Assembly (NCBI GenBank): GCA_963795085.1
Contig: CAWCFX010000003.1
Coordinates: 331,696 to 395,695 of the forward strand
From: an uncultured Gemmatimonadales bacterium
GTDB taxonomy: Bacteria; Gemmatimonadota; Gemmatimonadetes; Gemmatimonadales; GWC2-71-9
Direction: 5' to 3'
DNA: 64,000 nt
Positions within the stretch are counted from its first letter, which is position 1. The number at the start of each line of letters is the position of its first letter. The translations under genes were made by a program, and so were the position numbers. Under the pieces are notes generated by a model. That model searched no databases. It was not told the DNA's origin and was given only the letters and a program-made list of their open reading frames with translations. Below are positions 1-9,030 of this stretch, piece by piece.

Positions 1-1311
1 GCCGGCGGGAATGCGGTGGCCGTCCACCGGGTCGGCCTGGTCGGCATCGAGGATCCGGCCCAGCGTCCGGAACACCACCCGGCCCCCATCGGGCTGGGCG
101 TCCCGGGCATTGATGGTCAGGTTCATCAGGACCTGAAGAAACTGGGTCCGGTCGATCCGGACCCATTTCCCGGCAGGGTCGAGGTCCAGCTGCATCTCGA
201 AGGTGGGGCCGATCAGCCGCTGGAGGAGCGCCTGGGCTTCGAGCATCGCGGCATTGACGTCGAGGGTCTCGGGCGACAGCATCTGCTGACGGCTGAAGGC
301 GAGCAGCTGCGCCACCAGGGACCGCATCCGGTCGGCCGCCTTGATGATCTCGCCGAGGTCCACCCGGCCCTGCGGCGACAGCCCCGAGTCCCGCTCCAGG
401 AAGGTGGCAAAGCCCATGGTGGCCTGGAGCTGGTTGTTCAGGTCATGGGCCAGCCCGCCGGCCAGCCGGCCGATCGCTTCCATCTTGGTGTTCTGCCGGT
501 TCTGCTCCTCCGCCGCGCGCCGGAGCTCCTCGGCCAGGCGGCGGTCGTGAATGTCGAGCGCGGTGCCGATGTATCCCAGGAACTCCCCGTCCTCGCCGAG
601 ACGGGGGACCCCGGTGTCCAGCATCCAGCGGTATTCGCCATCATGCCGGCGCAGCCGGTACTCCACCCAGAACCGCTCCCGCTTCTCGAAGGACCCATTA
701 TCGGACTCGATCACCCGGGCCAGGTCGTCGGGGTGCACACCGTGCCGCCAGCCCCAGCCGATCTCCTGCGGCAGTTCCCGCCCGGTATACTCGAGCCACC
801 CACGGTTGAACCAGTCGCAACGGTTCTCCCGGTCCGAGGTCCAGATAAAAACCGGCGCCGTGTCCGCCATGGTGCGAAACCGCAGTTCGCTTTCCGCCTG
901 GTCCCGCTCGGCCCGCTTGCGGGCGGTGATATCGGTGGCGAAGACCGCGATCCCGACGTCGGTGGGATAGATGTAGTTATCGAACCACTGGTCGAAGGGT
1001 GCGTAGTAGTTTTCCACCTGGCGGGGCCGGCGGTCGGCGGCGGCGGCCAGCAGGGCGCGATAGTAATGGTTGCCGATCGCGTCGGGGAACAGGTCCCAGA
1101 TCGAGCGGCCCAGCAGGTCCTCCCGGGATTTCCCGAGGATCTTGAGCGCGCCATCGTTGACGTAGGTATAGCGCCACTCCCGGTCGTACACGGCGAAGTG
1201 GTCCACCAGGTCCGCCAGCACCTGGGCCAGGGCCTCCGGAGGCAGCGCCATCGCACTCCGGTCGGCGAAATCGTCCCCACCAGGGAATTGCAGGTTGGAT
1301 GGATCTGGCAT
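1..1311 (-). CDS. PAS-domain sensor histidine kinase (C-terminal end runs off the window start)
   Basis: Absent from the ORF track because it is open to the window edge. My minus-strand translation from the ATG at 1311 reads MPDPSNLQFPGG... It has two PAS-like segments (DREWRYTYVNDGALKILGK; RFRTMADTAPVFIWTSD...EYRLRRHDGEYRWMLDTG), a HisKA H-box MEAIGRLAGGLAHDLNNQL and an N-box NLTINARDA. The 455-aa plus ORF 16..1383 is its antisense shadow. Confidence 0.85.
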   Translation of the reverse strand, partial: MPDPSNLQFPGGDDFADRSAMALPPEALAQVLADLVDHFAVYDREWRYTYVNDGALKILGKSREDLLGRSIWDLFPDAIGNHYYRALLAAAADRRPRQVENYYAPFDQWFDNYIYPTDVGIAVFATDITARKRAERDQAESELRFRTMADTAPVFIWTSDRENRCDWFNRGWLEYTGRELPQEIGWGWRHGVHPDDLARVIESDNGSFEKRERFWVEYRLRRHDGEYRWMLDTGVPRLGEDGEFLGYIGTALDIHDRRLAEELRRAAEEQNRQNTKMEAIGRLAGGLAHDLNNQLQATMGFATFLERDSGLSPQGRVDLGEIIKAADRMRSLVAQLLAFSRQQMLSPETLDVNAAMLEAQALLQRLIGPTFEMQLDLDPAGKWVRIDRTQFLQVLMNLTINARDAQPDGGRVVFRTLGRILDADQADPVDGHRIPAG

Positions 1312-1520
1312 GCGCAGAAGTCTAGCAGCCACCCTTGCGCCCGCCAGTCAGGGTGCGGAAACAGCCGGGCGGAGCTATCCTGATTCGGACCTTGCTCCGG
1401 CCCTGCACTACCAACATTCCTGGAGGGTTTCGTGGGTCGCATCCCCATGCAGAGCCCGTTGCCTGGAATCACTCACGGCGGTGCCCCAGGGGCCACCGGA
1501 CCAGCCTCTCACCGCGGCCA

Positions 1521-2198
1521 ATGACCCCGGCCCCCCTGGAGATCCGTTCCCTGGTGGTGGAAGACCACCCGTCGGCGCTCGACGTCCTGGGCGAGGCCTT
1601 CCAGGACTACCCAGTCATGCGCTTTGTCCTGGGACCGGGTGGGGACTACCCCGGCCGGCTCCGGACCCTGGTCGGTTTCTTCCTGGCCGCCCGGGTGTTT
1701 CGCGGCGAGCCGCTGCTCGGCGCATTCCATGGCGACCACCTGGCCGGCGTCGCCATCATGAGCCTGCCAGGAGATACGCCTCCGCCGCCGGCGTTGCTCG
1801 AACGGCGCCAGGCGGTCTTCAGCGCCCTGGGCAGCGCCGAGCGCCAGCGCTATGAGGCCTATGGCGAGGCGAGCCGTACGCTCCACATCGCGGAACCTCA
1901 CCATCATCTCAACATGATCGGGGTGCGGCGCGCCCAGGCGGGAAAGGGCATCGGGCGCCGGCTGCTCGATGCCGTGACCACCCTGGCCGCCGCGGACCCC
2001 GGCTCCGCCGGCGTCTCCCTGGACACCGAGCGGGAGGACAACGTCCGGCTCTATGAGCATTGCGGATGGCGGGTGACGGGACACGCCCGGGTGGGACCGA
2101 CCCTGGAAACCTGGGCAATGTTCCGGGCACGCGCCCCCCAGGCACCAGTGCGCGAGGCTGTTCCTCAACCTACCTTTCGCGGATGGAGGGAAACATGA
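1521..2198 (+). CDS. GNAT family N-acetyltransferase
   Basis: Internal ATG (MTPAPLEIRSLVVEDHP...) of ORF 1335..2198. Acetyl-CoA-binding-like motif IGVRRAQAGKGIGRRLL followed by NVRLYEHCGW. The upstream part of the ORF is low-complexity Arg/Pro and unlikely to be coding. Confidence 0.75.
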   Translation: MTPAPLEIRSLVVEDHPSALDVLGEAFQDYPVMRFVLGPGGDYPGRLRTLVGFFLAARVFRGEPLLGAFHGDHLAGVAIMSLPGDTPPPPALLERRQAVFSALGSAERQRYEAYGEASRTLHIAEPHHHLNMIGVRRAQAGKGIGRRLLDAVTTLAAADPGSAGVSLDTEREDNVRLYEHCGWRVTGHARVGPTLETWAMFRARAPQAPVREAVPQPTFRGWRET

Positions 2199-3055
2199 AG
2201 ATCCTGGTAACCGGGGGCACCGGCACGGTCGGCTCGGCAGTGGTGGACGCACTCGCCGGTGCCGCCGAGATCAGCGTCCTGACGCGGGATGCGTCGAAAT
2301 CCTCACGCCTGCCGGCCGGAGTGGGCGCCGTGGTGGGGAACCTGCTGGACATCGGCGATATCCGCACCGTCTTCGAGGGCTTCGATGCCGTATTCCTCCT
2401 CAACCCGGTCGGTCCCACCGAAAACCACGAGGGGCTGCTGTCCGTCAACGGGATCCGCGACGCGGGGGTCAAGCGAGTCGTGTATCTCTCGGTGCAGGAC
2501 GCCGACCAGGCCGTCCACCTGCCTCACTTCGGGTCCAAGGTCCCCATCGAGATGGCCCTGGCGAAAAGCGGCATGACGTGGACGGTGCTTCGGCCGAACA
2601 ATTTCTACCAGAACGACGTCTGGTTTCGGCAGGCAATCATGGAATACGGGGTGTACCCGCAGCCGCTCGGCAGCGCCGGACTCTCCCGGGTAGATGTCCG
2701 GGACATCGGCGAAGCCGCCGCGGCCGCCTTTGCAGGAGGGGCCGATAACCGGATCGTCAACCTGGTCGGGCCCGAGTTACTCACCGGCGAAGGCAGCGCC
2801 CAGGCCTGGAGCAAGGCGCTGGGCCGAACGATCAAATATGCCGGAGATGACCTGGACAGCTGGGAAAAGGCCAATCTTTCCTATGGGATGCCCGCGACCA
2901 CGGTCTATGATTTCCGGTTGATGTACCAGTGGTTCCAGAAGCACGGCCTCAAGGCCTCCAAGGAGGACCTCGGCTTTCTGGCCGGACTCCTTGGCCACCC
3001 GCCTCGCCGCTACGACGACTACGTCAGGGAGACGGTGCGGGAATGGGGCGGGTAG
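2195..3055 (+). CDS. NmrA-like NAD(P)-binding protein (atypical SDR)
   Basis: Internal ATG at 2195 is preceded by GGAGGG at 2185-2190. Begins MKILVTGGTGTVGSAVVDAL (Rossmann GxxGxxG). The start overlaps the upstream stop by 4 nt. Confidence 0.8.
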   Translation: MKILVTGGTGTVGSAVVDALAGAAEISVLTRDASKSSRLPAGVGAVVGNLLDIGDIRTVFEGFDAVFLLNPVGPTENHEGLLSVNGIRDAGVKRVVYLSVQDADQAVHLPHFGSKVPIEMALAKSGMTWTVLRPNNFYQNDVWFRQAIMEYGVYPQPLGSAGLSRVDVRDIGEAAAAAFAGGADNRIVNLVGPELLTGEGSAQAWSKALGRTIKYAGDDLDSWEKANLSYGMPATTVYDFRLMYQWFQKHGLKASKEDLGFLAGLLGHPPRRYDDYVRETVREWGG

Positions 3056-4141
3056 TCAGTGGAGCAGCGCCGCGACCCGGTGTGCGATCCCGCTGGCGTC
3101 AACCCCCGCCAGGTTGTCCAGCACGATCACCGTGAGGCCCCGGTCCTCGTAGCGTACGATCGCCGAGGTGAAGCCCTGCCAGGACCCGCCGTGCTCGATC
3201 ACCCGCTCGCCGTCCCGGGTCCCGATCCGCCAGCCGAAACCGTAGCCTGCCGTGGTACCATCGTTCAGCGCGACCGGGGACCAGAGTTGGTCATACGATG
3301 CCGGACCGATCAGCCTCCGGTGGTGAAGCGCCGCCTCCCACTTCGCCAGGTCCAGCACGGTCAGGTACAACGCCCCGTCGGCGGTGGTGTTGACGCTGGG
3401 GGAGACCCACTCCTGGTTCCGGAGCACGCCGTCCTTGAGCACATATCCCGCCGCCCGGTTGGCCACGATGTCTGCTTCGCTGATGACCCGGGCGGTGGCC
3501 ATCCCCAGCGGCCGGAAGACCCGTTCCTGCAGAAAATCGCCGTAGAACTGGCCCGAGACCCTGCGAATGATGATGCCGAGGAGGACGTAGCCGAGGTTGC
3601 TGTAGTCCCAGCGCTCGCCGGGGCGGAAGGCCAGCGGGATCGCGTAGGCGCGCCGGAGCAGGTCGTCCTCGGTGTAGTCGAGCCGGAAATCGAAGTCGTC
3701 GGGGTAGTCGGTGGTGCCGCCGGTGTGGGTGAGCAGGTGGCGGATGGTGATTCCCTTCCAGGCGCCTGGCGCGTCCTCCAGATACCGGGTGATCGAATCA
3801 GCGACGCCCAGCCTGCCCTCTTCCGCCAGCATCAGGATCGCCATGGCGGTGAACTGCTTCCCGACCGAGCCGGACTGGAAGATGGTCTCCGGTTTGACCG
3901 GCACCTGGTGTTCCACGTTGGCCAGGCCGTAGCCCCTGGCAAGGACGACCTCACCATTCTGCACCACCGCCACCGCCACTCCCGGCACCCGGGTCCGGCT
4001 CATCTCGGCGGCGACCACGGAGTCGACCCGGGCAGCGGGAAAGGGGGACTGGGCGGAAAGGGACGCAGCGCCAAGGATCCCGGCCGCCCCGGCCAGGATA
4101 GAAATCCGCGGAACAGTCATAGGCCTTCGGCCATTCACCAT
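3056..4141 (-). CDS. secreted serine hydrolase, beta-lactamase/PBP family
   Basis: ORF track 361 aa. Signal peptide [20 protein letters not shown]-x-x-K nucleophile motif in [24 protein letters not shown], then YSNLGY. Confidence 0.85.
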   Translation of the reverse strand: MVNGRRPMTVPRISILAGAAGILGAASLSAQSPFPAARVDSVVAAEMSRTRVPGVAVAVVQNGEVVLARGYGLANVEHQVPVKPETIFQSGSVGKQFTAMAILMLAEEGRLGVADSITRYLEDAPGAWKGITIRHLLTHTGGTTDYPDDFDFRLDYTEDDLLRRAYAIPLAFRPGERWDYSNLGYVLLGIIIRRVSGQFYGDFLQERVFRPLGMATARVISEADIVANRAAGYVLKDGVLRNQEWVSPSVNTTADGALYLTVLDLAKWEAALHHRRLIGPASYDQLWSPVALNDGTTAGYGFGWRIGTRDGERVIEHGGSWQGFTSAIVRYEDRGLTVIVLDNLAGVDASGIAHRVAALLH

Positions 4142-4220
4142 TGGCTCCTGATCAGGGGTTCCCTGCCCCAGGCTTCCGCCTGGCTACCGCGCGGTTCTTC
4201 CGTCCTGATTCCCGCCCTGT

Positions 4221-6674
4221 TCACGGAATCGGAGCGCGGGGCCGGAACCGGACCAGGAAGAACCCTTCCTTCATGCTGGTGACGCCGACCACCCCGCTTT
4301 TGAAGAAGGGATAATTGCTCCAGCTGCCGGCGAAGCCGGCGGCGTCCTGGCCGAAGGGCACGGTATCGAAGTAGCCCACCTCGCGCGGGTTGACCGGATC
4401 GCTGATGTCGAGAATCCGGAGGCCGGCCACGTAGTTGGACTGGTAGACGTGATTGCCCTTCACGTACAGGTTGTGGTCGGAGGCCGGGGTCGTCCCCAGG
4501 AATTCCTTCGCGACGATCGGGTCATCCAGGTCGGTGACGTCGAAGATCATGGTGCGGGTGGTCTTGGCGGTGCCGGCCAGCTCGTCGCCCTCGTCGTCGA
4601 GATAGAAATAGCGGTGGTCGTCGGAGAGCCAGCCCTGGTGGGCGTAGGCGACATTGGGATAGCTCACCCGGCTGATCGGCTTGGGGTTCTGCTTGTCGGT
4701 CACGTCGCCGATACCCACCGCGTTCTCGGAGGCGTTGAAGCAGATCTCCCGGCCCCGGTAGGTCTCGTCCGGGCCGTGGTAGGTGACGCACTGGGCATCG
4801 TGGGTGTAGCCGCTCTTGGCGAACCCGGTGGCCGGGTCGGCATAGCAGCCGGCGAACTTCGGACGGGCCGGGTCCCGGATGTCAATCATGTGGAGCGCCC
4901 CGCCGCAGGTTTCCCCTCCCATGCTGTTCCCCACCGTATACGCGTAGCCTGATTCCTCGTTGATCACGATATTGTGGGCGCTGTGGATCCGGTCGTAATG
5001 GGCGGTCTCCGTGAAGGTGGCCGGTTTGGTGGCGACAGTGAGCAGCTGCCGGAGATCGAAGATCTGGACGCCATGAGGACCGGCCCCGTCGGACACGATG
5101 TAGGCGTGGCTCTTGTAGACCTTGATGTCCCGCCAGAGGTTGGGCTGGGCGCCCTGGTGGAGCGGCAGCTGGCCGACATACACCGGGTTGGCCGGATCGG
5201 TCACCTCGACAAACGCGGTGCCATCCACCCGCCCTACCAGCGCGAACTCGCGGCCGCTCTCGGGGTCGGACCACCCCCACATGTCGTTCAGCATGATCCC
5301 GCGCTCGGCGCCGAGCGCGCTGTTGGGCATGAAGGCGACGAGATCGGTGTTGCTGCAATCGAACAGCCTGACGCGCCCGGAATCGCACTTGAGCTCCGCG
5401 CCGGTGATGGCAGGCAGGCCGGTCGAGAGCGTGTCGGCCACCATGCCCTCTTCCCGCCAGGGGGCCTCCGCCGCGGGCCGGCGGTAGAGATAGGCCGACC
5501 CCTCGAAGAACTGCGCCATCGGCGCCCCGGCCACCGCGACCCCGTTCTCCGCCGCGAGCGCGGCCCCCAGCTGGGTGCCGATCCCCATCCCCCGGGTCGT
5601 GAATTTCTGGGTCTCCTCGTAACCGCCCGCGGCGTTCCGCCGGAGCACGTGGATCGACCCGACGCCGCCGGTGAGGACCGCCCCGACCAGGAGATCGCCG
5701 CCATCGCGCGCGAGGGAGGCGCCGAAGAGCGCCGGTGCTTCCGGCGAGGCTGGACGGATCCGCCCCGTCTCCCGCCAGGCCGATCCCTCGGCGCGGAACT
5801 GGAGCACCACGCCGGCGCCGCGGTCCGCGGTGGGACTGGAGACCAGGGCCTCGTTCTCGGCCAGCAGGAGCGCCGATCCAATGCCGCGGAGGGCGCTGTC
5901 GGCGGCGGCCAGCCGGGCCTCTTCGGACCAGCCGTTCGCCGTGCGGCGGAACAGGAAAGCCTGCCCTGGCCGCCGGCCGGCCGGCGGCCCCTGGCTGACG
6001 CCCGGGGGCGCCGATCAGCGCGCGGTCGCCGGACATCGAGATGGCGGCGCCAAACCGGTCGCCCGCCGCGATCCCCTTCCCGGCCAGGCGGCCCCGTTCC
6101 ATCCACTGGCCCGAGGCATCGCGCTCCCAGGCGATGACGGTGCCGGTCTGTTCGTCCCGGTCGGCCGCGCCCGCGAGGAGGACGTTGCCCGACAGGGCCA
6201 CCGCGGAGCCCACCCGGTCGCCGGCGGCGGCATCCGTGGGGGAGAGCCGGGCCCGTTCGGTCCACCGGCCGGAGGCTTCCCGCTCAAAGACGTAAACGGC
6301 GCCGCGGCGTTCCGAGGCGCCCGGCGCGCTCACCGCCAGCCAGCTCCCGCTCACGGACATCGCCGCCCCGAAGCCGTCGCCCAGCGCATTGTCCCGCGAC
6401 ACCAGCATGGCGACCTCGGCCCACTTCCCGTCTCTCTCCCTTCGTGAAGGCATGAACCGCTCCCGGTCTGGCTGGGCGGCATCGGGAAGTTGGGCACCAG
6501 CCCGGCGCGGCCCACCAGGACCTGGTCGCCGGCGATGGCGACCGCCGTGCCGAATCCGATCAGGGGCGACGGCGATTCGGGTGCGCCGCGCCAGGTCTGG
6601 GCCGCCGCCGGCACGGCGACAAGTCCGAGCGCGAGGCCAAAGGCAGCGACGAGGGAGAGCGGAAGACGCTTCAT
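4221..6674 (-). pseudogene. secreted FG-GAP-like repeat protein with a C-terminal LVIVD/choice-of-anchor-B-like propeller, interrupted by two frameshifts
   Basis: Three ORF-track pieces form one gene. 6351..6674(-) gives signal peptide MKRLPLSLVAAFGLALGLVAVPAAAQ. 4882..6453(-) is sensible only for its first ~150 aa (GAVYVFEREASGRWTE, GTVIAWERDASGQWME, ...ISMSGDRALIGAPG). The frame of 4221..5810(-) stays open upstream to ~6000 (VSQGPPAGRRPGQAFLFRRTANGWSEEARL) and carries HAYIVSDGAGPHGVQIFDL and GLRILDISDP. The frame changes at ~6000-6008 (C/G homopolymer run) and ~6440-6470 (GAGAGAGA tract). Confidence 0.65.
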
Positions 6675-6805
6675 GGCTATCTCACTTGGGGATGGTTTGC
6701 GGATAGGGGATTATGGCACTGGGGAGGGAATTTGGGTACTGGGGAGACGCGATCTGGCCCGCGAGGTGTGATCCCGCCACTTCATGCCCCTTCTCGTTCG
6801 CCCAC

Positions 6806-8254
6806 CTAGGTGACCTCGATATTCATCATCATGCCCATGTCTTCGTGCTGCAGGTTATGGCAATGCAGGGGGAAGACCCCGCGGTAGGTGTCGAACCGGA
6901 CCAGCACTTCCACGGTTTCAAACGGCATGAGCAGGGCCGTGTCCTTCCATCCACTTTCGTACGGGTACACCGTGTTCCGTCCGCCCTGGCGGGAGACGAC
7001 CTGGAACTGGGTGCCGTGCAAGTGGACCGGGTGAGGCAACTCGCTGACGTTGATAAACCGCCACCGCTCCACCTGGCCGAGGGGAATCCGTTCGTCCACC
7101 CTCAGCATGTCGTAGGTCGTCCCGTTGATCTCATGCATGCCCAGGTGGGTGGACAGGACAAAGTCCCGGGTGATGTCGGAAGGTGGAAGGGCCGGGATAT
7201 TCGACAGGATCGCCGGCAAAGGCGGGTCGTCCCACTGCCCCGGCCCGGCGACGACCAGGTCGAGAAGGTCCATAGCCGTGCCCTGGGGGAATGGCTCTCC
7301 CGCAACGGCATAGCCCGCGAAGGGCAGTGAGACGAGAGTGAGCCGCTCGCCGGGCGGAACGGTGGAGCAATCCACCAGGACGTCGGTCCGTTCCCCGACC
7401 CCCAGGTACAGGCGGTCCACCAGGGCGGCGGCGCGCAGCAGCCCGCCATCGGAGCCGATCACCGTGAGCGGGGCCCCGTTGGACAGTCCCAGGCAATAGA
7501 CCCTGGCATGCGACGCGTTGAGGATCCGGAAACGATAGCGGTCGGCGGTCACGGTCAGCGCCGGGAGGCGCACCCCGTTGCCGAACGGGACATTCCCCAG
7601 CTGGCCGACCAGTTCATCTGTCGGGGTGGTCTGATACAGCAGGGGATTGGGCCCATCACCACGGCGATCCTGCAGGATCAGCAGGACTTCACGTTCACCA
7701 CCGGGTAGCTCCAGCGCGTCTTCTTCGCCGTCGCCCACGATGAAGAACCCGGCGAGGCCGCGATGGATCTGGCCAGCCGTGCGGCGGTGGGCATGGGGAT
7801 GGTACCAGTAGGTGCCGGCACGCTGGACCAGTGGAAAGGAGTAGTCGTAGGTGGCGCCCGGGGAAATCGCCTGCCGCGGGTGCCCATCCGCCTGTGCGGG
7901 GACGATCAACCCATGCCAGTGGACGATCGTGTCTTCCACCAGTCCGTTCACCAGGGTAATGCGGGCCAGGTCGCCGGTCCGGGCCCGAATCGTAGGACCC
8001 GGCAGCATGCCATTGAACAGCCAGGCGGGGAGGGGCGCGCCGTCTCCGATCGAGGCGAGTCCCGCGGACGCCGTCAGCGTGGCGGCCGTGGCGGCGAGCG
8101 AGCCGGGTTGCCGGAGGGTGCCGCGGCGGGGGTGGTTGGCTTCCAGCACATCGGAGCAGCTGACAAGGCCGGAGCCCCCCACTCCGGCCAGCCCGGCAAG
8201 TCCGGCGCCCACCACGCGCACGAAGTCCCGACGGCTGCGGGCGCCCCGGGCCAT
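6806..8254 (-). CDS. multicopper oxidase with a Tat signal
   Basis: ORF track 482 aa. Twin-arginine signal MARGARSRRDFVRVVGAGLAG. Copper motifs HWHG, WYHPH and HCHNLQHEDMGMM. Confidence 0.9.
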   Translation of the reverse strand: MARGARSRRDFVRVVGAGLAGLAGVGGSGLVSCSDVLEANHPRRGTLRQPGSLAATAATLTASAGLASIGDGAPLPAWLFNGMLPGPTIRARTGDLARITLVNGLVEDTIVHWHGLIVPAQADGHPRQAISPGATYDYSFPLVQRAGTYWYHPHAHRRTAGQIHRGLAGFFIVGDGEEDALELPGGEREVLLILQDRRGDGPNPLLYQTTPTDELVGQLGNVPFGNGVRLPALTVTADRYRFRILNASHARVYCLGLSNGAPLTVIGSDGGLLRAAALVDRLYLGVGERTDVLVDCSTVPPGERLTLVSLPFAGYAVAGEPFPQGTAMDLLDLVVAGPGQWDDPPLPAILSNIPALPPSDITRDFVLSTHLGMHEINGTTYDMLRVDERIPLGQVERWRFINVSELPHPVHLHGTQFQVVSRQGGRNTVYPYESGWKDTALLMPFETVEVLVRFDTYRGVFPLHCHNLQHEDMGMMMNIEVT

Positions 8255-8256
8255 GA

Positions 8257-8922
8257 TCAGTGCACCAGGACGGTGCCGGACATCGTGGGGTGAAAATCAC
8301 ACACGTAGTTGTACGTGCCAGGATGGGCAAACGTGCGCGAGCCGGACCCGTTCACGATGGACGGGATGTTGCTCGGTGAGCCCGCCGACACGAAAGTGAT
8401 CGAATGTTGGACGGCGCCGAACGTCCAGGTGACCTCGCCACCGGAGGCCAGATGCACGATGGCCGGCACATAGGCCGGCTGCGGGACGCCGGTGCTGCCG
8501 ACGCCGGCCACTGAAGGAGGAACCTGCACCGTCACCGACATGGGGGTGGTCAGCGTCACAGTGCCCGCCTGCACCGTCGCAGTGATCTGGGCGGTGCCCG
8601 GCGCGACCGCGGTCACCGTCCCCGCCGCGGAGACCGTCGCCACGGCGCTGTTGAGGCTCGCGAAGACGGGAGACCCGGCGCCTGCCAATGTCGCGGCGTT
8701 CTGATCCCGGGGCGTCACGGTCAGCGTGACCGCGTTTCCCGGGGCCGTGTTCCAGATGGCCGCCTGGCTGGGGACAACCGAGAGGGTGGTGAGGACCGGC
8801 GCCGGCGGCTCGGTATTCGGTCCGCCATCGCCGCCACCGCAGGCCGCCAGGAAGGCCGCGGCCGCTATTGAGACGAGGCTCGGGCGGCGGAGTTTCGAGC
8901 CGGAAGGAAACGGTATGATCAT
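8257..8922 (-). CDS. lipoprotein with an Ig-like (Big_2-type) domain and a C-terminal cupredoxin (type-1 copper) domain
   Basis: Internal ATG at 8922 is preceded by GAGGAG. Lipobox AAFLAACGG. Ig-like segment AVATVSAAGTVTAVAPGTAQITATV. C-terminal type-1 Cu ligand pattern YVCDFHPTMSGTVLVH. The stop lies 2 nt upstream of the oxidase start, so it is probably co-transcribed. Confidence 0.75.
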   Translation of the reverse strand: MIIPFPSGSKLRRPSLVSIAAAAFLAACGGGDGGPNTEPPAPVLTTLSVVPSQAAIWNTAPGNAVTLTVTPRDQNAATLAGAGSPVFASLNSAVATVSAAGTVTAVAPGTAQITATVQAGTVTLTTPMSVTVQVPPSVAGVGSTGVPQPAYVPAIVHLASGGEVTWTFGAVQHSITFVSAGSPSNIPSIVNGSGSRTFAHPGTYNYVCDFHPTMSGTVLVH

Positions 8923-9030
8923 CGGGTGCTCCTCAGTGCAAGTGGGGTAGGGAATGATTTCCTGCCCCATGCTATTCCGACCCGGGTATCCACGGGTTAG
9001 GTTGGAGTTACCTTCCGGTTAAGAGGCGCG

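Noticed and set aside
16-1383. 455-aa plus-strand ORF, the longest ORF reported at the window start
   Set aside because: Arg/Gly/Pro/His-rich with no motifs. The opposite strand encodes a clean PAS histidine kinase with H-box and N-box, so this is a high-GC antisense shadow ORF.
3059-4282. 407-aa plus-strand ORF opposite the beta-lactamase-family gene
   Set aside because: Low-complexity shadow ORF. The minus-strand frame has a signal peptide and the S-x-x-K motif.
4882-6453. 523-aa minus-strand ORF taken at face value as one protein
   Set aside because: Only its first ~150 aa look like protein (FG-GAP-like units). The remaining ~370 aa are Arg/Pro/Gly shadow sequence overlapping the real C-terminal frame (4221..5810 and its upstream extension). 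It is treated as part of a frameshifted gene instead.
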